The notes beneath the pieces were generated by a model. It had not been told where the DNA came from and searched no databases. It saw nothing but the letters and a program-made list of their open reading frames with translations. 52,364 nucleotides of DNA from Nemertoderma westbladi (lineage: Eukaryota > Animalia > Xenacoelomorpha), in contig JAUCBJ010000142.1 of the NCBI GenBank assembly GCA_032718475.1, forward strand, positions 1 through 52,364. The letters are read 5' to 3'. Made by a program: the position numbers and the translations under genes. Shown here piece after piece: positions 24,084 through 36,229 of this stretch (position 1 is its first letter; every line of letters begins with the position of its first letter).

Positions 24084-24610
24084 GACTTGTTGATTCATTA
24101 GCGGAGTGTTTCATCTCTCTGGGATGGACAATCAAGCGTATCCCCATCGAAACACTATCAATACTTTGGAAAACTTACTCTTTGCCAATATTTCGCTAGT
24201 TTTCCGTTTTACATAGGAGTTCTGAACCACAGCGGAACCTTCAGCGGGACCATTTGGAAGTAAGGTATAGAAATGCACTACGAAAACTTCTCCATATTAA
24301 TGGAACATTAATTTCATCGAACATTTTATATGGGTTATTTGGAATCAATCTATTAATTCAAGAAATATACCAATCAGCTATTCTAATTGTCCAGCGATTG
24401 ATCAGAGTACCTAACACACTATTGCAATCAATAACACGGACAACAGGCACCCTAAACAACCATCAACACTATTTGGGTCTTCGTTCAACTATAAGGAAAT
24501 GCGCGAAAAAATATGCAGTCCCGCAGCTCTCGTCACTATTACAATGTGAATATCAAAAGAGTACTCTCCTGTCTGATGTTGGTACCAACGTTATGGATTC
24601 TATTGAATAG
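24084..24610 (+). pseudogene. Non-LTR ORF2 C-terminal fragment related to the RT ORF at 45823
   Basis: LAECFISLGWTIKRIPIETLSILWKTYSLP..LEVRYRNALRKLLHI aligns by eye with LSETFHRRGWTLKWLSLDSQSRLWNEIALP..LDICYHKVPRTLLHV. Confidence 0.6.
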
Positions 24611-24832
24611 ATTAATTTATTAATTTGATTTGGAATTAATCAATTCAATTTATGGATCGGAGATGGTCAGCTTCACGGCAAAGTTGAACAAAGTGAAAGC
24701 GTATCTGGAGTCAATTATAACTTAATTACATTGCTCTATCAGTTTTAATATAATTAGCATACGTGCGGTTTTAAACCTTTTAATATAAATATTAAAAGCT
24801 AGTTTGGCTGGCGGTGCGCACTGTTTGTGCGA

Positions 24833-25216
24833 GACTACTACTACTAGGTCGAGCGAACTAGGACAGTGGAAATTAGATCCTTCGATGCTTCCCGATTCTC
24901 CATAGTTGTCGCAATTTCGTTTCTCCCAAGTTCAGTATCCCTTTCAAGTTGATCTATATATGTTATGGCTGGTCGTCCACGGCTACGCTTTCCATGAGTT
25001 GGTTGCCAGAAAAGTAGATCTGGTATGACCTCGTCTTTACTTCTCCAGCAGTGCCCACTGAATCTTAATCTGCGTTCACGGAGGGTGGTTGATACAGGCG
25101 GTATTGTACCATAAAGCTCGGCGTTTGTCATGTGCTGTCTCCAGCTGATGTTTAGGGCTGCCCTTAGTAGTCTTGTGTAGCAACCATCAATTCGTTGATC
25201 AAGTGATTTAGTCAGT
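24833..25216 (-). mobile_element. 5'-truncated RTE-like LINE 3' end (second family)
   Basis: IDGCYTRLLRAALNISWRQHMTNAELYG..RRLRFSGHCWR..HGKRSRGRP, followed by a (TAG)n tail. Confidence 0.85.
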
Positions 25217-26242
25217 CACTCTCTATCCATGATCCTATCCATCTTAGTCAGTAATCTTGTCGATATATGATCAGATTGTTTGTAGAATAAATTGTATGAG
25301 ATTTCAGGAAATAGTATGAAAGAAAGCTGTCATTCTACAGTTTCACGTAAATATATGATTTTGCTGCTGGGTAATTGATGCGATGCTGTCACTTAAAACC
25401 AAGGATATTTATCTAACAAAGACAGCTACAAAACACTGGAGTCCATTGAAACTGTGAAGTGTGTTTTAGGTTAGTGATTCCGGAATACTCTTGACAGCTT
25501 TTATTGATTCAGACTGGTTGGTTATCAACAGTTCAGCAATTAGGTATTACTGCCTGCCAAAGTTACTGGTGCGGCCGCCCTGCTGCATCTCATTGTGTCG
25601 CAGGCCTTACTTATTAGTTTGGCTCAGAGGCTCACATTACTTGGTGGAAGGGGAGGGGGGGGGGGGGGGGTCTTAATACCCATTTTGGCGATTGTAGAAA
25701 GGTGATCCCCTCCACCCACACATACAGGCGTTGTTGCCAAGGTGATCCCCTCCACCCACTCACCTCCACTCACTACTCTTTATTGTTTAAATTGTTATAT
25801 AATTCAATATTTCATTATATTCGTTATGACTATTTTTGTTGGTTGATGAAATAAATAAATAATTAATGTGACTATATTATGTTGAAAGTACAGTGATGAA
25901 ATTGCTATGTTTTACTGTTTATTAGTTAAGATTGGAACACAGAATTCATTAAGAAAATGCATTATTACGTCAAGATCAATCTCACAAGCATGAATTTCTT
26001 GTTGAGTAATCTTTCAAATTGCCTAGTGTATTGTTAGAACTTTCCTTACCTTTCATTGGGTTTTGTTGCCTATGATTGTATCACAATTAATTATTACCTC
26101 TCCATATATTGAACCTTTCCTGGATAACATCCTGGAAAGACCAGAAGAGACAAACTACTTCATACCGTCCAATAAATTTCAAGAAGAAACTTTCAACAAA
26201 TCTGACATTCGAAACAATAGTTAATTATACTTATTATAACTA

Positions 26243-28150
26243 TTTACATCATTGTGTGCAAAGTAGCTTCAACGTATGTCAAACGTATGTTCAGCATACT
26301 TTCATTATATGGGATTCCTGATGAAATTATTGCAGCAATCAGATCAGTATACGATGGTTCGACAACATGTGTGTCTACTGTTGACGGTGACACAGAACCA
26401 TTTGAAGTGTTATGGGGCGTCCTCCAGGGAGACACACTTGCACCATTATTGTTCATAATTGTTGTTGACTATGTTCTAGGCATGTCCTTAGATCATCATA
26501 ATGATGATGGGGTGATGATAACTCCACCTACTGGCTCCAGAAGTCGAGGAAATCCTGCCAAGTACCTAACTGATCTAGACTTTGCTGATGACTTAGGAGT
26601 ACTCTCAGAATCACTAGAGGGAGCCCAACGGCTCCTCAGCTCATTAGAACATGCTGCTTCTAGTGTTGGTCTTTTTATTAACTCCAGAAAGACCAAAATT
26701 TTGACAGTTAACTTTGAAAGTCCTCAGCAAGTCTCTCATCGGATGAGCATAAGCTCCAAAGATGGTATGCTTGAGCATGTGGATGACTTCTGTTACCTGG
26801 GATCATGGATCCGGAAGTCAGGTGAGGACCTTCGAATACGTAAGGGAAAGGCATGGGCAGCCTTGAATAGGCTTTCCAGGATTTGGAAGTCACCGAGAAT
26901 TAATCGGAAACTTAAGGTCCGGTTATTTAGAGCAGCAGTAGTTCCAGTACTCCTCTATGGGAGTCCATGCTGGGCTCTAACTGCTGAGGACACCAAATCT
27001 CTGGATGGCACATTCACAAGAATGCTACGCCGGGTTCATTGTGTCAAGTTCAATGCACACATCTCCAACCAGACACTATATAACATTGGAGGTGTCTCAT
27101 TGGTTCCCCCAAGCTTGACTCTAGAACAAAATCGCCTCCGCTTTGCAGGACATTGCTTTCGCCGTGAGGACCAGCCAGTGCATAATCTTGTACTTTGGCA
27201 GCGTCATGGAGTGAATAAGCATGGTGGACAGCCCATGACTTTCTTGAGACGCATCTTAAAGGATACTGGCCTTGAAGATGCGGATGATCTAGCAAATGTC
27301 ATGGGTGATAGGGAGTTGTGGCGGTGCAATTTTGTCGATAAGCCTGCACAGCATTCTTAAAAATGCAGCTGCAATGCAGCATGCCGATCCTAGTAGTAGT
27401 GCAAAGTAGCACTTTGCAGCGTTATGACCCGAGTTTATTTATGTACCGAGCGAGCGCAGCGAGGGAGGTTTACATAAATAAACAAGGATCTTTAAAGCTG
27501 AAATGTAACCTTTGCAAACAATGATGTATGTAATTTTGTTACATTATGTCAACTAATCAGCGTTTGGTATGTGAAGAAAGGTTTTTATGGATGCTCATTT
27601 GAACATTTTAATCATGTACTATTTCGATTTATACTATGTTATGATACTGTGATTTGTACTATTACTATGTACTATTTATTAACAGGTACACAGTATTAAT
27701 TATACATTTAAATAAATCTAATTAAAGTTTGTTGGAAGTTTTCACCTGCATGGGTTGATAAATCATTAATCCATCTTGACTTTGGTCGACTGAAGCAAAC
27801 TTAGTCACCGTCTTTATCCATTCAGTTTTACTGAACACTGTCGTCACTTTCTTAGGTTATTTTAGTGTCTTCTATTAGACGTTTCGCCATAATGGATTAC
27901 AGTACACGTTAAACAATTATTTACATACAGTAGCTAGTCCCGTCACTGCAAACTGGATAATAAAGCAGCCACTCATTAACATGAATGGAAATAATACATT
28001 CTGGAATACGGTAATTGAAGTTGTGTCCATGTCATTGATTACTTTGCAGCGTTCCGTCCTATAGGCCGCAACGCTGCAAAGTAGTACTTTGCAGCTTTCC
28101 GCGTAATTCACTAGAAAGCTGTTAAGTTGACATAATGTTACAAAATATAT
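26243..28150. mobile_element. Palindrome-rich non-coding element (Crypton-like non-autonomous, inferred), interrupted by an RTE LINE
   Basis: Removing the LINE restores a ~150-bp hairpin centred on GAGCGAGCGCAGCGAG. 27533-27554 is inverted at 28125-28146. The palindrome GCTGCAAAGTA-G-TACTTTGCAGC at 28073-28095 repeats 27401-27420. Confidence 0.5.
26268..27398 (+). mobile_element. 5'-truncated RTE-like LINE with an open RT-to-C-terminus frame and a 12-bp TSD
   Basis: ORF open to 27360 (QGDTLAP, FADD, YLGSWI, RLRFAGHC), (TAG)3 tail, TSD GTGCAAAGTAGC at 26256-26267 and 27399-27410. Confidence 0.95.
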
Positions 28151-28676
28151 TACTGCCACTAGTGACAAGGAAAGCGTGCCGTGGACGACCGGCTATAACA
28201 TATACAGACCAACTTGAAAGGGATACTGAACTTGAGAGAAACGGAACTTCGACAACTATGGAGAATCGGGAAGTCTGGAAGGATCTCATTTCCAGTGACC
28301 GAGCTGAAATGTAATCAGCTAGAATGTCTTGGAAATATTGGAGAAGGGAGTTTCATTAGGCTATTTAATATGAACAAAGTTCCCAGTCAAAACGTTTAAC
28401 TCTCAAAAAAAATAATTCTTGGACGAATTCAAGTGCAACCATTCGAGCCGTATGTGCTACTCAACAATTTGAAGTTTGCTACAGTTTCTGATAAGGCTTC
28501 GTTGGCTTTAGGTGAGCCTTCTTCTTCCTTCTTCTCCTTCGAGCCTTCTTGGTGTTGGAAATACTACAAACTTGATATATTATATTACCTTGGTAGTTTC
28601 GGGATTGAATATTTCTTTGCAAATTTCAACACGATTTGATGACTAATTTTTCATTAAAACTAAAAGCGACCAACAA

Positions 28677-29299
28677 AACACGTTCGTGGGGACTTCGCGC
28701 AGCACGTAGTCGGCAAGCCTTGGCATACGGTTCATATAGAGCAAATGGGGCATGTCTAGTTTGGACCCATATCCCATGCTATAAATGTATTCATTCGATA
28801 TACAATCATATGTTAATCCGCTAGGTGGTGTCAAATTGTTATTCTGCAATTTCGTACTTACCAGTGCAGCACTGTACAGCAGTACCGTACCGGTAGGCCT
28901 ATGTCATTACTTCTGAGTCTCTAGCGGATCCCCAATTAAATGTCGTAACTTTTCAATTTCGTAAAAGATAGACTTCATGATTCTCTACAGGCCACCAAAA
29001 TTTCAGCTCAGGAAAATGAGGCCTTCCCGAGAAATTTAACATTTTCTAAAAACCACATAATCTGTCGTAGCTGACGTCAGACTGCATGATTTTTCACCAA
29101 ACTTTACAAACTTTCTAAACTTTCTCTCTACTACTTACCTACTAAGTTTGGTTCAATTCCGAACGAGCGATGCCGAGAAATTCGCGTTCAAACATTTACC
29201 AGACGGACGGACAGACAGACGGACAGACAGACGGACATGCCCCATTTGCCCTATATGAACCGTATGCAAAGGCTCGCCGACTACGTGTCTCGCCCCACA
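28677..29299 (-). mobile_element. DINE/HINE-like non-autonomous element, copy B
   Basis: Same terminal motifs as 3092-3602, ~54-bp inverted repeats (about 28704-28757 and 29234-29287) and a (GACG/GACA)n microsatellite. Confidence 0.7.
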
Positions 29300-29851
29300 T
29301 TTCAACAGCACTCGTAGCAACTTAACCTTTGCAGCAGCGACTCTATTTAGTTGGTGGGTATCAATATAAACACCTACTTTATATAAATCTAACATGAAAT
29401 TAGAACGGCTTCAAATATTTGATGACATATTCATGACAGCTCAATATTTGCTCAAAATAATTTGCAAAGACGTCCAGCTCCCCTTGTAAATTTCTAAACA
29501 GTAATTAATTGTGATATTTGCAATTTCGCATTAGGTCCACAGTGAGAAGAGATTAGTCCAAAGTTCAAGAAAACTGGACAAGGTTACTTAAGTCTACAAA
29601 GATTAAGCTTTTGCGGGCCCCTAGGCTTCAATAAATAGGGGGGTCCCTCCACTATACTACTACCACCCCCCCCCCCCCCCCACCCCCCCCCCACCCCCCC
29701 CCCCCCCCCCTAACGCATTCAAAATTAATTAATTTGGCAATACTAAATGATTCCCTTTATAAAAAAAAAGGCTTTATTAAAATATAATCAATTAAGAATG
29801 TATTCATAATTACAATAAAAAAATAATTAATATTCATAAAATTCAAGTGGT

Positions 29852-30253
29852 CTATGATGAATAAAAAACTTCAACTAGGAGGTCTTCTCGGTCAGAAAGT
29901 CCGTCCTTTTCGACAGGATCATCACTGCGGTGAACTTTGATACTCCGAACAGTGGTTAAGAGAGTAGAGCATTTACACTTCCTGATTCAACTCCATCTCA
30001 TCACTCTACAGTAGCATACGTTACATGGTTCCATCTTGCGGAGAAGACCAGATGGCTCTTCAATGGTCAGAAACCTCTCTTCTGAATCACCAATAATCAG
30101 GTTTAAGGGATGCTCTAATACCATCACTTAGGGTGCCTGTTGCATCCGCAGATGTCACTCAGACGTCTAACCACATGCTTAGTTCCCAATTGGGTCAACA
30201 ATATGGCCCATCGCCCAATGATGAGTTGAGGCACTGATCACTGAAGAACAGTT
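29852..30253 (-). pseudogene. Possible decayed Cys-rich exon
   Basis: Acceptor TTTTTCTATTTTGTCCAG. Pieces KHVVRRLSDICGCNRHP and PCNVCYCRVMRWS*IRKCKCS need at least one frameshift and one stop to join. Confidence 0.25.
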
Positions 30254-30769
30254 CTGGACAAAATAGAAAAACGAGGTTGCAGCTGTTACGCATTCAATTC
30301 ATATGAATGTATGAATGCATGAATGTGCAACATGGACTGAGATACGAGACAAAAAGCTTTTGGCAGTGTAACAAAACATGGAAACCTACGTATATCAAAC
30401 AACACACTCAGACAAGCCAGCCAATATACTCAGACAATATAAATATTCGCATAGGGGGATGGAGGGGTGGGGGTTAGATGAATATTGATAGGTGTGAATT
30501 TGTTTTCTGTTTTCTGTTTGCTGTTGCATTTATATTTTTTGGAATTTTTTTAAAGTTATTTCACAAATCCTAATAGAAAATTTCCCCGGGCCCCCATTTT
30601 TCGCCGGCCCCTAGGCTCAAGCCTTTTAGGCCTATTGGGTAATACGGCACTGGACGGGTGGATGCCTAACCTTTCTTGTAGACAATTACTCAATGATCCC
30701 CGAACTGCAAGAATGGACTCAAGGATACTTCTTACTTTCTTTCAACCGATTTGTCTCACAGGAGATTTT

Positions 30770-32765
30770 ACTGTACACTGTCACACACTGTACACGTACA
30801 CTGTACACTGTTCACATACACTGTACACTGTTCACATACACTGTACACTGTACACGTACACTGTACACCGCACACATACACTGTACACTGTACACGTAAA
30901 CTGTACACTGTACACATACACTGTACACTGTACACATAGAATGTACACGTACACTGTACACTGTACACATACACTGTACATGGACACTGTACACGTACAC
31001 TGTACATTGTACATTGTACACGTACACTGTACACATACACTGTACACTGTACACGTAAACTGTACACTGTACACATACACTGTACACGTACACTGTACAC
31101 TGTACACATACACTGTACACTGTACACATACACTGTACACTGTACACATACACTGTACACGTACACTGTACACTGTACACATACACTGTACACGGACACT
31201 GTACACGTACACTGTACACATACACTGTACACGTACACTGTACACGTACACTGTACACTGCACACATACACTGTACACTGTACACGTAAACTGTACACTG
31301 TACACATACACTGTACACTGTACACTGTACACGTACATTGTACACTGTACACATACACTGTACACGTACACTGTACACTGTACACATACACTGTACACGG
31401 ACACTGTACACATACACTGTACACGGACACTGTACACGTACACTGTACACTGTACACTGTACACATACACTGTACACATACACTGTACACTGTACACGTA
31501 CACTGTACACATACACTGTACAGTGTACACATACACTGTACACTGTACACTGTACACATACAATGTACACGTACACTGTACACGTTACGGTACACGTACA
31601 CTGTACACGTACACTGTACACGTACACTGTACACGTACACTGTACACGTACACTGTACACGTACACTGTACACGTACACTGTACACGTACACTGTACACG
31701 TACACTGCACACGTACACTGTACACGTACACTGTACACGTACACTGTACACATACACTGTACACGTACACTGTACACGTACACTGTACACGTACACTGTA
31801 CACGTACACGGTACACGTACACTGTACACGTACACTGTACACGTACACTGTACACGTACGCTGTACACATACACTGTACACTGTACACATACACTTACAC
31901 GTACACTGTACACGTACATTGTACACCTACACTGTACACGTACACTGTACACGTACACTGTACACTGTATACATACACTGTACACTGTACACGTACACTG
32001 TACACGTACACTGTACACTTACACTGTACACATACACTGTACACGTACACTATACACGTACGCTGTACACGTACACTGTACACGTACACTGTACACGTAC
32101 ACTGTACACGTACACTGTACACATACACTGTACACTGTACACGTACACTGTACACGTACACTGCACACGTACACTGCACACGTATACTGTACACGTACAC
32201 TGTACACGTACACTGTACACGTACACTGTACACATACACTGTACACGTACACTGTACACGTACACTGTACACGTACACTGTACACGTACACTGTACACGT
32301 ACACTGTACACGTACACTGTACACGTACACTGTACACGTACACTGTACACATACACTGTACACGTACACTGTACACGTACACTGTATACGTTACTGTACA
32401 CGTACACTGTACACGTACACTGTACACGTACACTGTACACGTACACTGTACACGTACACTGTACACGTACACTGTACACGTACGCTGTACACGTACACTG
32501 TACATATACACTGTACACGTACACTGTATACGTACACTGTACACGTACACTGTACACGTACACTGTACACGTACACTGTGCACTGTATACATACTCTGTA
32601 TACTGTACACGTACACTGTACATGTACACTGTACACGTACACTGTACACGTACACTGTACACGTACACTGTACACGTACACTGTACACGTACACTGTACA
32701 CGTACATTGAACACGTAAACTGTACACGTACATTGTACACGTACACTGTACACGTACACTGTACA
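30770..32765. repeat. Compound satellite of ACACTGT (7 bp) and ACACGT/ACACAT (6 bp) subunits, consensus 13-mer TACACTGTACACG
   Basis: ~2 kb, irregular on the left and a regular 13-bp period on the right. Confidence 0.98.
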
Positions 32766-33479
32766 ACAGTCTACAATTAATCATCATGTGACAGTTACAT
32801 GCCAGTTAAATATTCGTTGATAACTTATGATCTCGGGTAATCATAAATAATTGGTCGGTGCGTGATGTGGATCAGAGAAGTAATGCACCAGCAATCTTCT
32901 GCACAAAGGTATCTGTAGCAGTATCATTACAGTTGACTTACGGTTCTGTTACTATATTAAATTGAAATCTGCTACTGTCATTTGATGTCACGCCCTATTG
33001 GAAGTAACACCTGATAATTGGATTGATAATTAGTCCAATTTTAAGGAATATTCACAACGCTTCACTGACCGTTTTCAGTCTTGTGGATTTTATAATAGGA
33101 GTCAAGGTGTTCAGAGGTGAGAGGAATGTTTAGTTAGTAACAGGGGTGTAAAATATGTTCCTTTCCAACCAATATTTAATATATTTTTTACTGATTAATT
33201 GAGATTTTAATTGTATACCATTATGCTTCTCTTCACCCGCCTTCCTTACTTATATTATAGAATTAGATAACTGATACTTACTCTTTAAAAAAATAGAAAA
33301 AAATATAATAACTATTAACCAGAATATTGGTAACAAACGTAGAAAATAAAAAAAAAAATGTTTAAGTTTAACAATAATCAACATGCAATATATCCCGTAT
33401 ACCATTTTCATCCTATTCAGGCAGTTGATCCTCCATCCACATCCTCTTATACAGTAAAACTAAAAATTTTAGTTGGTAA

Positions 33480-33803
33480 CGGGGGTAAACGTTACGCCTA
33501 CACCTGCGCCTACACGCGTCTACACATACCAGCTCTGCCGGTATGTGTAGACGGGGTGTTACCTACGGGGGTAAACGTTACGCCTACACCTGCGCCTACA
33601 CGCGTCTACACATACCAGCTCTACCGGTAAGCCTATACATCTGACTATTCCATAAGTTGTTGACTCTCAATTCATTCCCTACATATTCCAATCTCTCGTT
33701 TATTGTCTTGGTTCCTTTCAACCCGCTCTGTAACCTGCTCCTTCACTAACCTGCCTACAAGTAGTTGTAGGTGTAGGCGTTGCGTTTACCCCCGTAGGTA
33801 ACA
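33480..33803. mobile_element. Small MITE-like inverted-repeat element with a duplicated left end
   Basis: TGTTACCTACGGGGGTAAACGTTACGCCTACACCT (33557-) is inverted at ~33769-33803. 33480-33542 is duplicated at ~33566-33628. Hairpin CGTCTACACATACC..GGTATGTGTAGACG. Confidence 0.55.
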
Positions 33804-33925
33804 GAGTAAACAGAAGGTACCTTGAAGCGACGGTAATACCATCTCGAGAAGTATCGTGATCTTGTGGAAATTTTGTGAGCTGTTGTGTGACTTGTTTGTA
33901 TCTCTGGTATCACTGATTAACAATG

Positions 33926-35726
33926 TTGTAGGCCCTATGGTTAAACTGTGTATGATTTGATGTTAACCTTGTAGGCCCTATGGTTAAACTGTGTATGATT
34001 TGATGTTAACCTTGTAGGCCCTATGGTTAAACTGTGTATGATTTGATGTTAACCTTGTAGGCCCTATGGTTAAACTGTGTATGATTTGATGTTAACCTTG
34101 TAGGCCCTATGGTTAAACTGTGTATGATTTGATGTTAACCTTGTAGGCCCTATGGTTAAACTGTGTATGATTTGATGTTAACCTTGTAGGCCCTATGGTT
34201 AAACTGTGTATGATTTGATGTTAACCTTGTAGGCCCTATGGTTAAACTGTGTATGATTTGATGTTAACCTTGTAGGCCCTATGGTTAAACTGTGTATGAT
34301 TTGATGTTAACCTTGTAGGCCCTATGGTTAAACTGTGTATGATTTGATGTTAACCTTGTATGCCCTATGGTTAAACTGTGTATGATTTGATGTTAACCTT
34401 GTAGGCCCTATGGTTAAACTGTGTATGATTTGATGTTAACCTTGTATGCCCTATGGTTAAACTGTGTATGATTTGATGTTAACCTTGTAGGCCCTATGGT
34501 TAAACTGTGTATGATTTGATGTTAACCTTGTAGGCCCTATGGTTAAACTGTGTATGATTTGATGTTAACCTTGTAGGCCCTATGGTTAAACTGTGTATGA
34601 TTTGATGTTAACCTTGTAGGCCCTATGGTTAAACTGTGTATGATTTGATGTTAACCTTGTAGGCCCTATGGTTAAACTGTGTATGATTTGATGTTAACCT
34701 TGTAGGCCCTATGGTTAAACTGTGTATGATTTGATGTTAACCTTGTATGCCCTATGGTTAAACTGTGTATGATTTGATGTTAACCTTGTAGGCCCTATGG
34801 TTAAACTGTGTATGATTTGATGTTAACCTTGTATGCCCTATGGTTAAACTGTGTATGATTTGATGTTAACCTTGTAGGCCCTATGGTTAAACTGTGTATG
34901 ATTTGATGTTAACCTTGTAGGCCCTATGGTTAAACTGTGTATGATTTGATGTTAACCTTGTAGGCCCTATGGTTAAACTGTGTATGATTTGATGTTAACC
35001 TTGTAGGCCCTATGGTTAAACTGTGTATGATTTGATGTTAACCTTGTAGGCCCTATGGTTAAACTGTGTATGATTTGATGTTAACCTTGTATGCCCTATG
35101 GTTAAACTGTGTATGATTTGATGTTAACCTTGTAGGCCCTATGGTTAAACTGTGTATGATTTGATGTTAACCTTGTATGCCCTATGGTTAAACTGTGTAT
35201 GATTTGATGTTAACCTTGTAGGCCCTATGGTTAAACTGTGTATGATTTGATGTTAACCTTGTAGGCCCTATGGTTAAACTGTGTATGATTTGATGTTAAC
35301 CTTGTAGGCCCTATGGTTAAACTGTGTATGATTTGATGTTAACCTTGTAGGCCCTATGGTTAAACTGTGTATGATTTGATGTTAACCTTGTATGCCCTAT
35401 GGTTAAACTGTATATGATTTGATGTTAACCTTGTAGGCCCTATGGTTAAACTGTGTATGATTTGATGTTAACCTTGTAGGCCCTATGGTTAAACTGTGTA
35501 TGATTTGATGTTAACCTTGTAGGCCCTATGGTTAAACTGTGTATGATTTGATGTTAACCTTGTAGGCCCTATGGTTAAACTGTGTATGATTTGATGTTAA
35601 CCTTGTAGGCCCTATGGTTAAACTGTGTATGATTTGATGTTATCCTTGTAGGCCCTATGGTTAAACTGTGTATGATTTGATGTTAACCTTGTATGCCCTA
35701 TGGTTAAACTGTGTATGATTTGATGT
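33926..35726. repeat. 43-bp minisatellite (TGTAGGCCCTATGGTTAAACTGTGTATGATTTGATGTTAACCT)n, ~42 copies
   Basis: Nearly invariant units with a recurrent TAGG>TATG variant and an internal GGTTAA..TTAACC dyad. Confidence 0.98.
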
Positions 35727-36017
35727 CACCGACTTGGTCTTGATTATGTATATGAATTGGGGATTTCCAAGTAATATATGTCCCTCTTGATATCAATGGC
35801 ATTGCTCTGTCTGCTACTGCTGTTGTATTTTAGAAGCTGTGCGCCACAATTTAAAAACAGCATAGAAAATCGATTATAAATTACCAAACCAAGACTATTG
35901 TTTCTTCTCGAATTTCATGGCCTAGGGATTTGAGAAGCTGTTTACCCACCATGACTTTCTGTGTTCTCAGTTATTCCTTTAGAAGACAAGAAACTAATCT
36001 TTAAAATAATTACTTAC

Positions 36018-36078
36018 CAGCCAGATGAGTAACTTTATACATAAACTCCATCGGCTTCTCCATTAGCTATTGTGGATT
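36018..36078 (-). pseudogene. Candidate second coding exon (61 nt) containing an in-frame TAA
   Basis: AAATCAG acceptor and CTG/GTAAGT donor after a 54-nt intron. Reads ESTIANGEADGVYV*. Confidence 0.35.
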
Positions 36079-36132
36079 CTGATTTAAACATAGTAAATGT
36101 AAGGATAAAATGATAGCATATGTTTGACTTAC

Positions 36133-36229
36133 CTCCATCTGAGGTGTATTTGGAAAGGGCATCTAACGAGTCAACAGCAATCAGCATGCATAGCAATAAG
36201 CAAACCAATCGGAATCCTGATCGCATCAT
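36133..36229 (-). CDS. Candidate first coding exon encoding a signal peptide
   Basis: MMRSGFRLVCLLLCMLIAVDSLDA.., pyrimidine-rich acceptor ending TTTTGAAG at 36243, GAG/GTAAGT phase-1 donor at 36132, and a possible upstream UTR-exon donor CAG/GTATAA at 36467. Confidence 0.5.

Noticed and set aside
29665-29710. Poly-C/poly-G tracts (also ~8720, 25650, 36706, 44075, 47110) as functional G-quadruplexes
   Set aside because: Several lie within dispersed repeats, homopolymer lengths are unreliable, and nothing indicates function.
29852-30253. Selenoprotein with multiple UGA codons
   Set aside because: The TGA-rich frame also has TAA/TAG stops and no SECIS was recognisable. Decay is the simpler explanation.
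30585-30652. hAT-like MITE terminus (..TAATACGGCACTG)
   Set aside because: No matching opposite terminus or 8-bp TSD could be found.
30635-32787. His/Cys/Thr-rich ORFs that look like metal-binding proteins
   Set aside because: Translation of the TACACTG/TACACG satellite in all six frames.
33926-35726. CRISPR-like array (also considered for 1652-2985)
   Set aside because: Units are contiguous with no unique spacers, there are no cas genes, and the context is eukaryotic.
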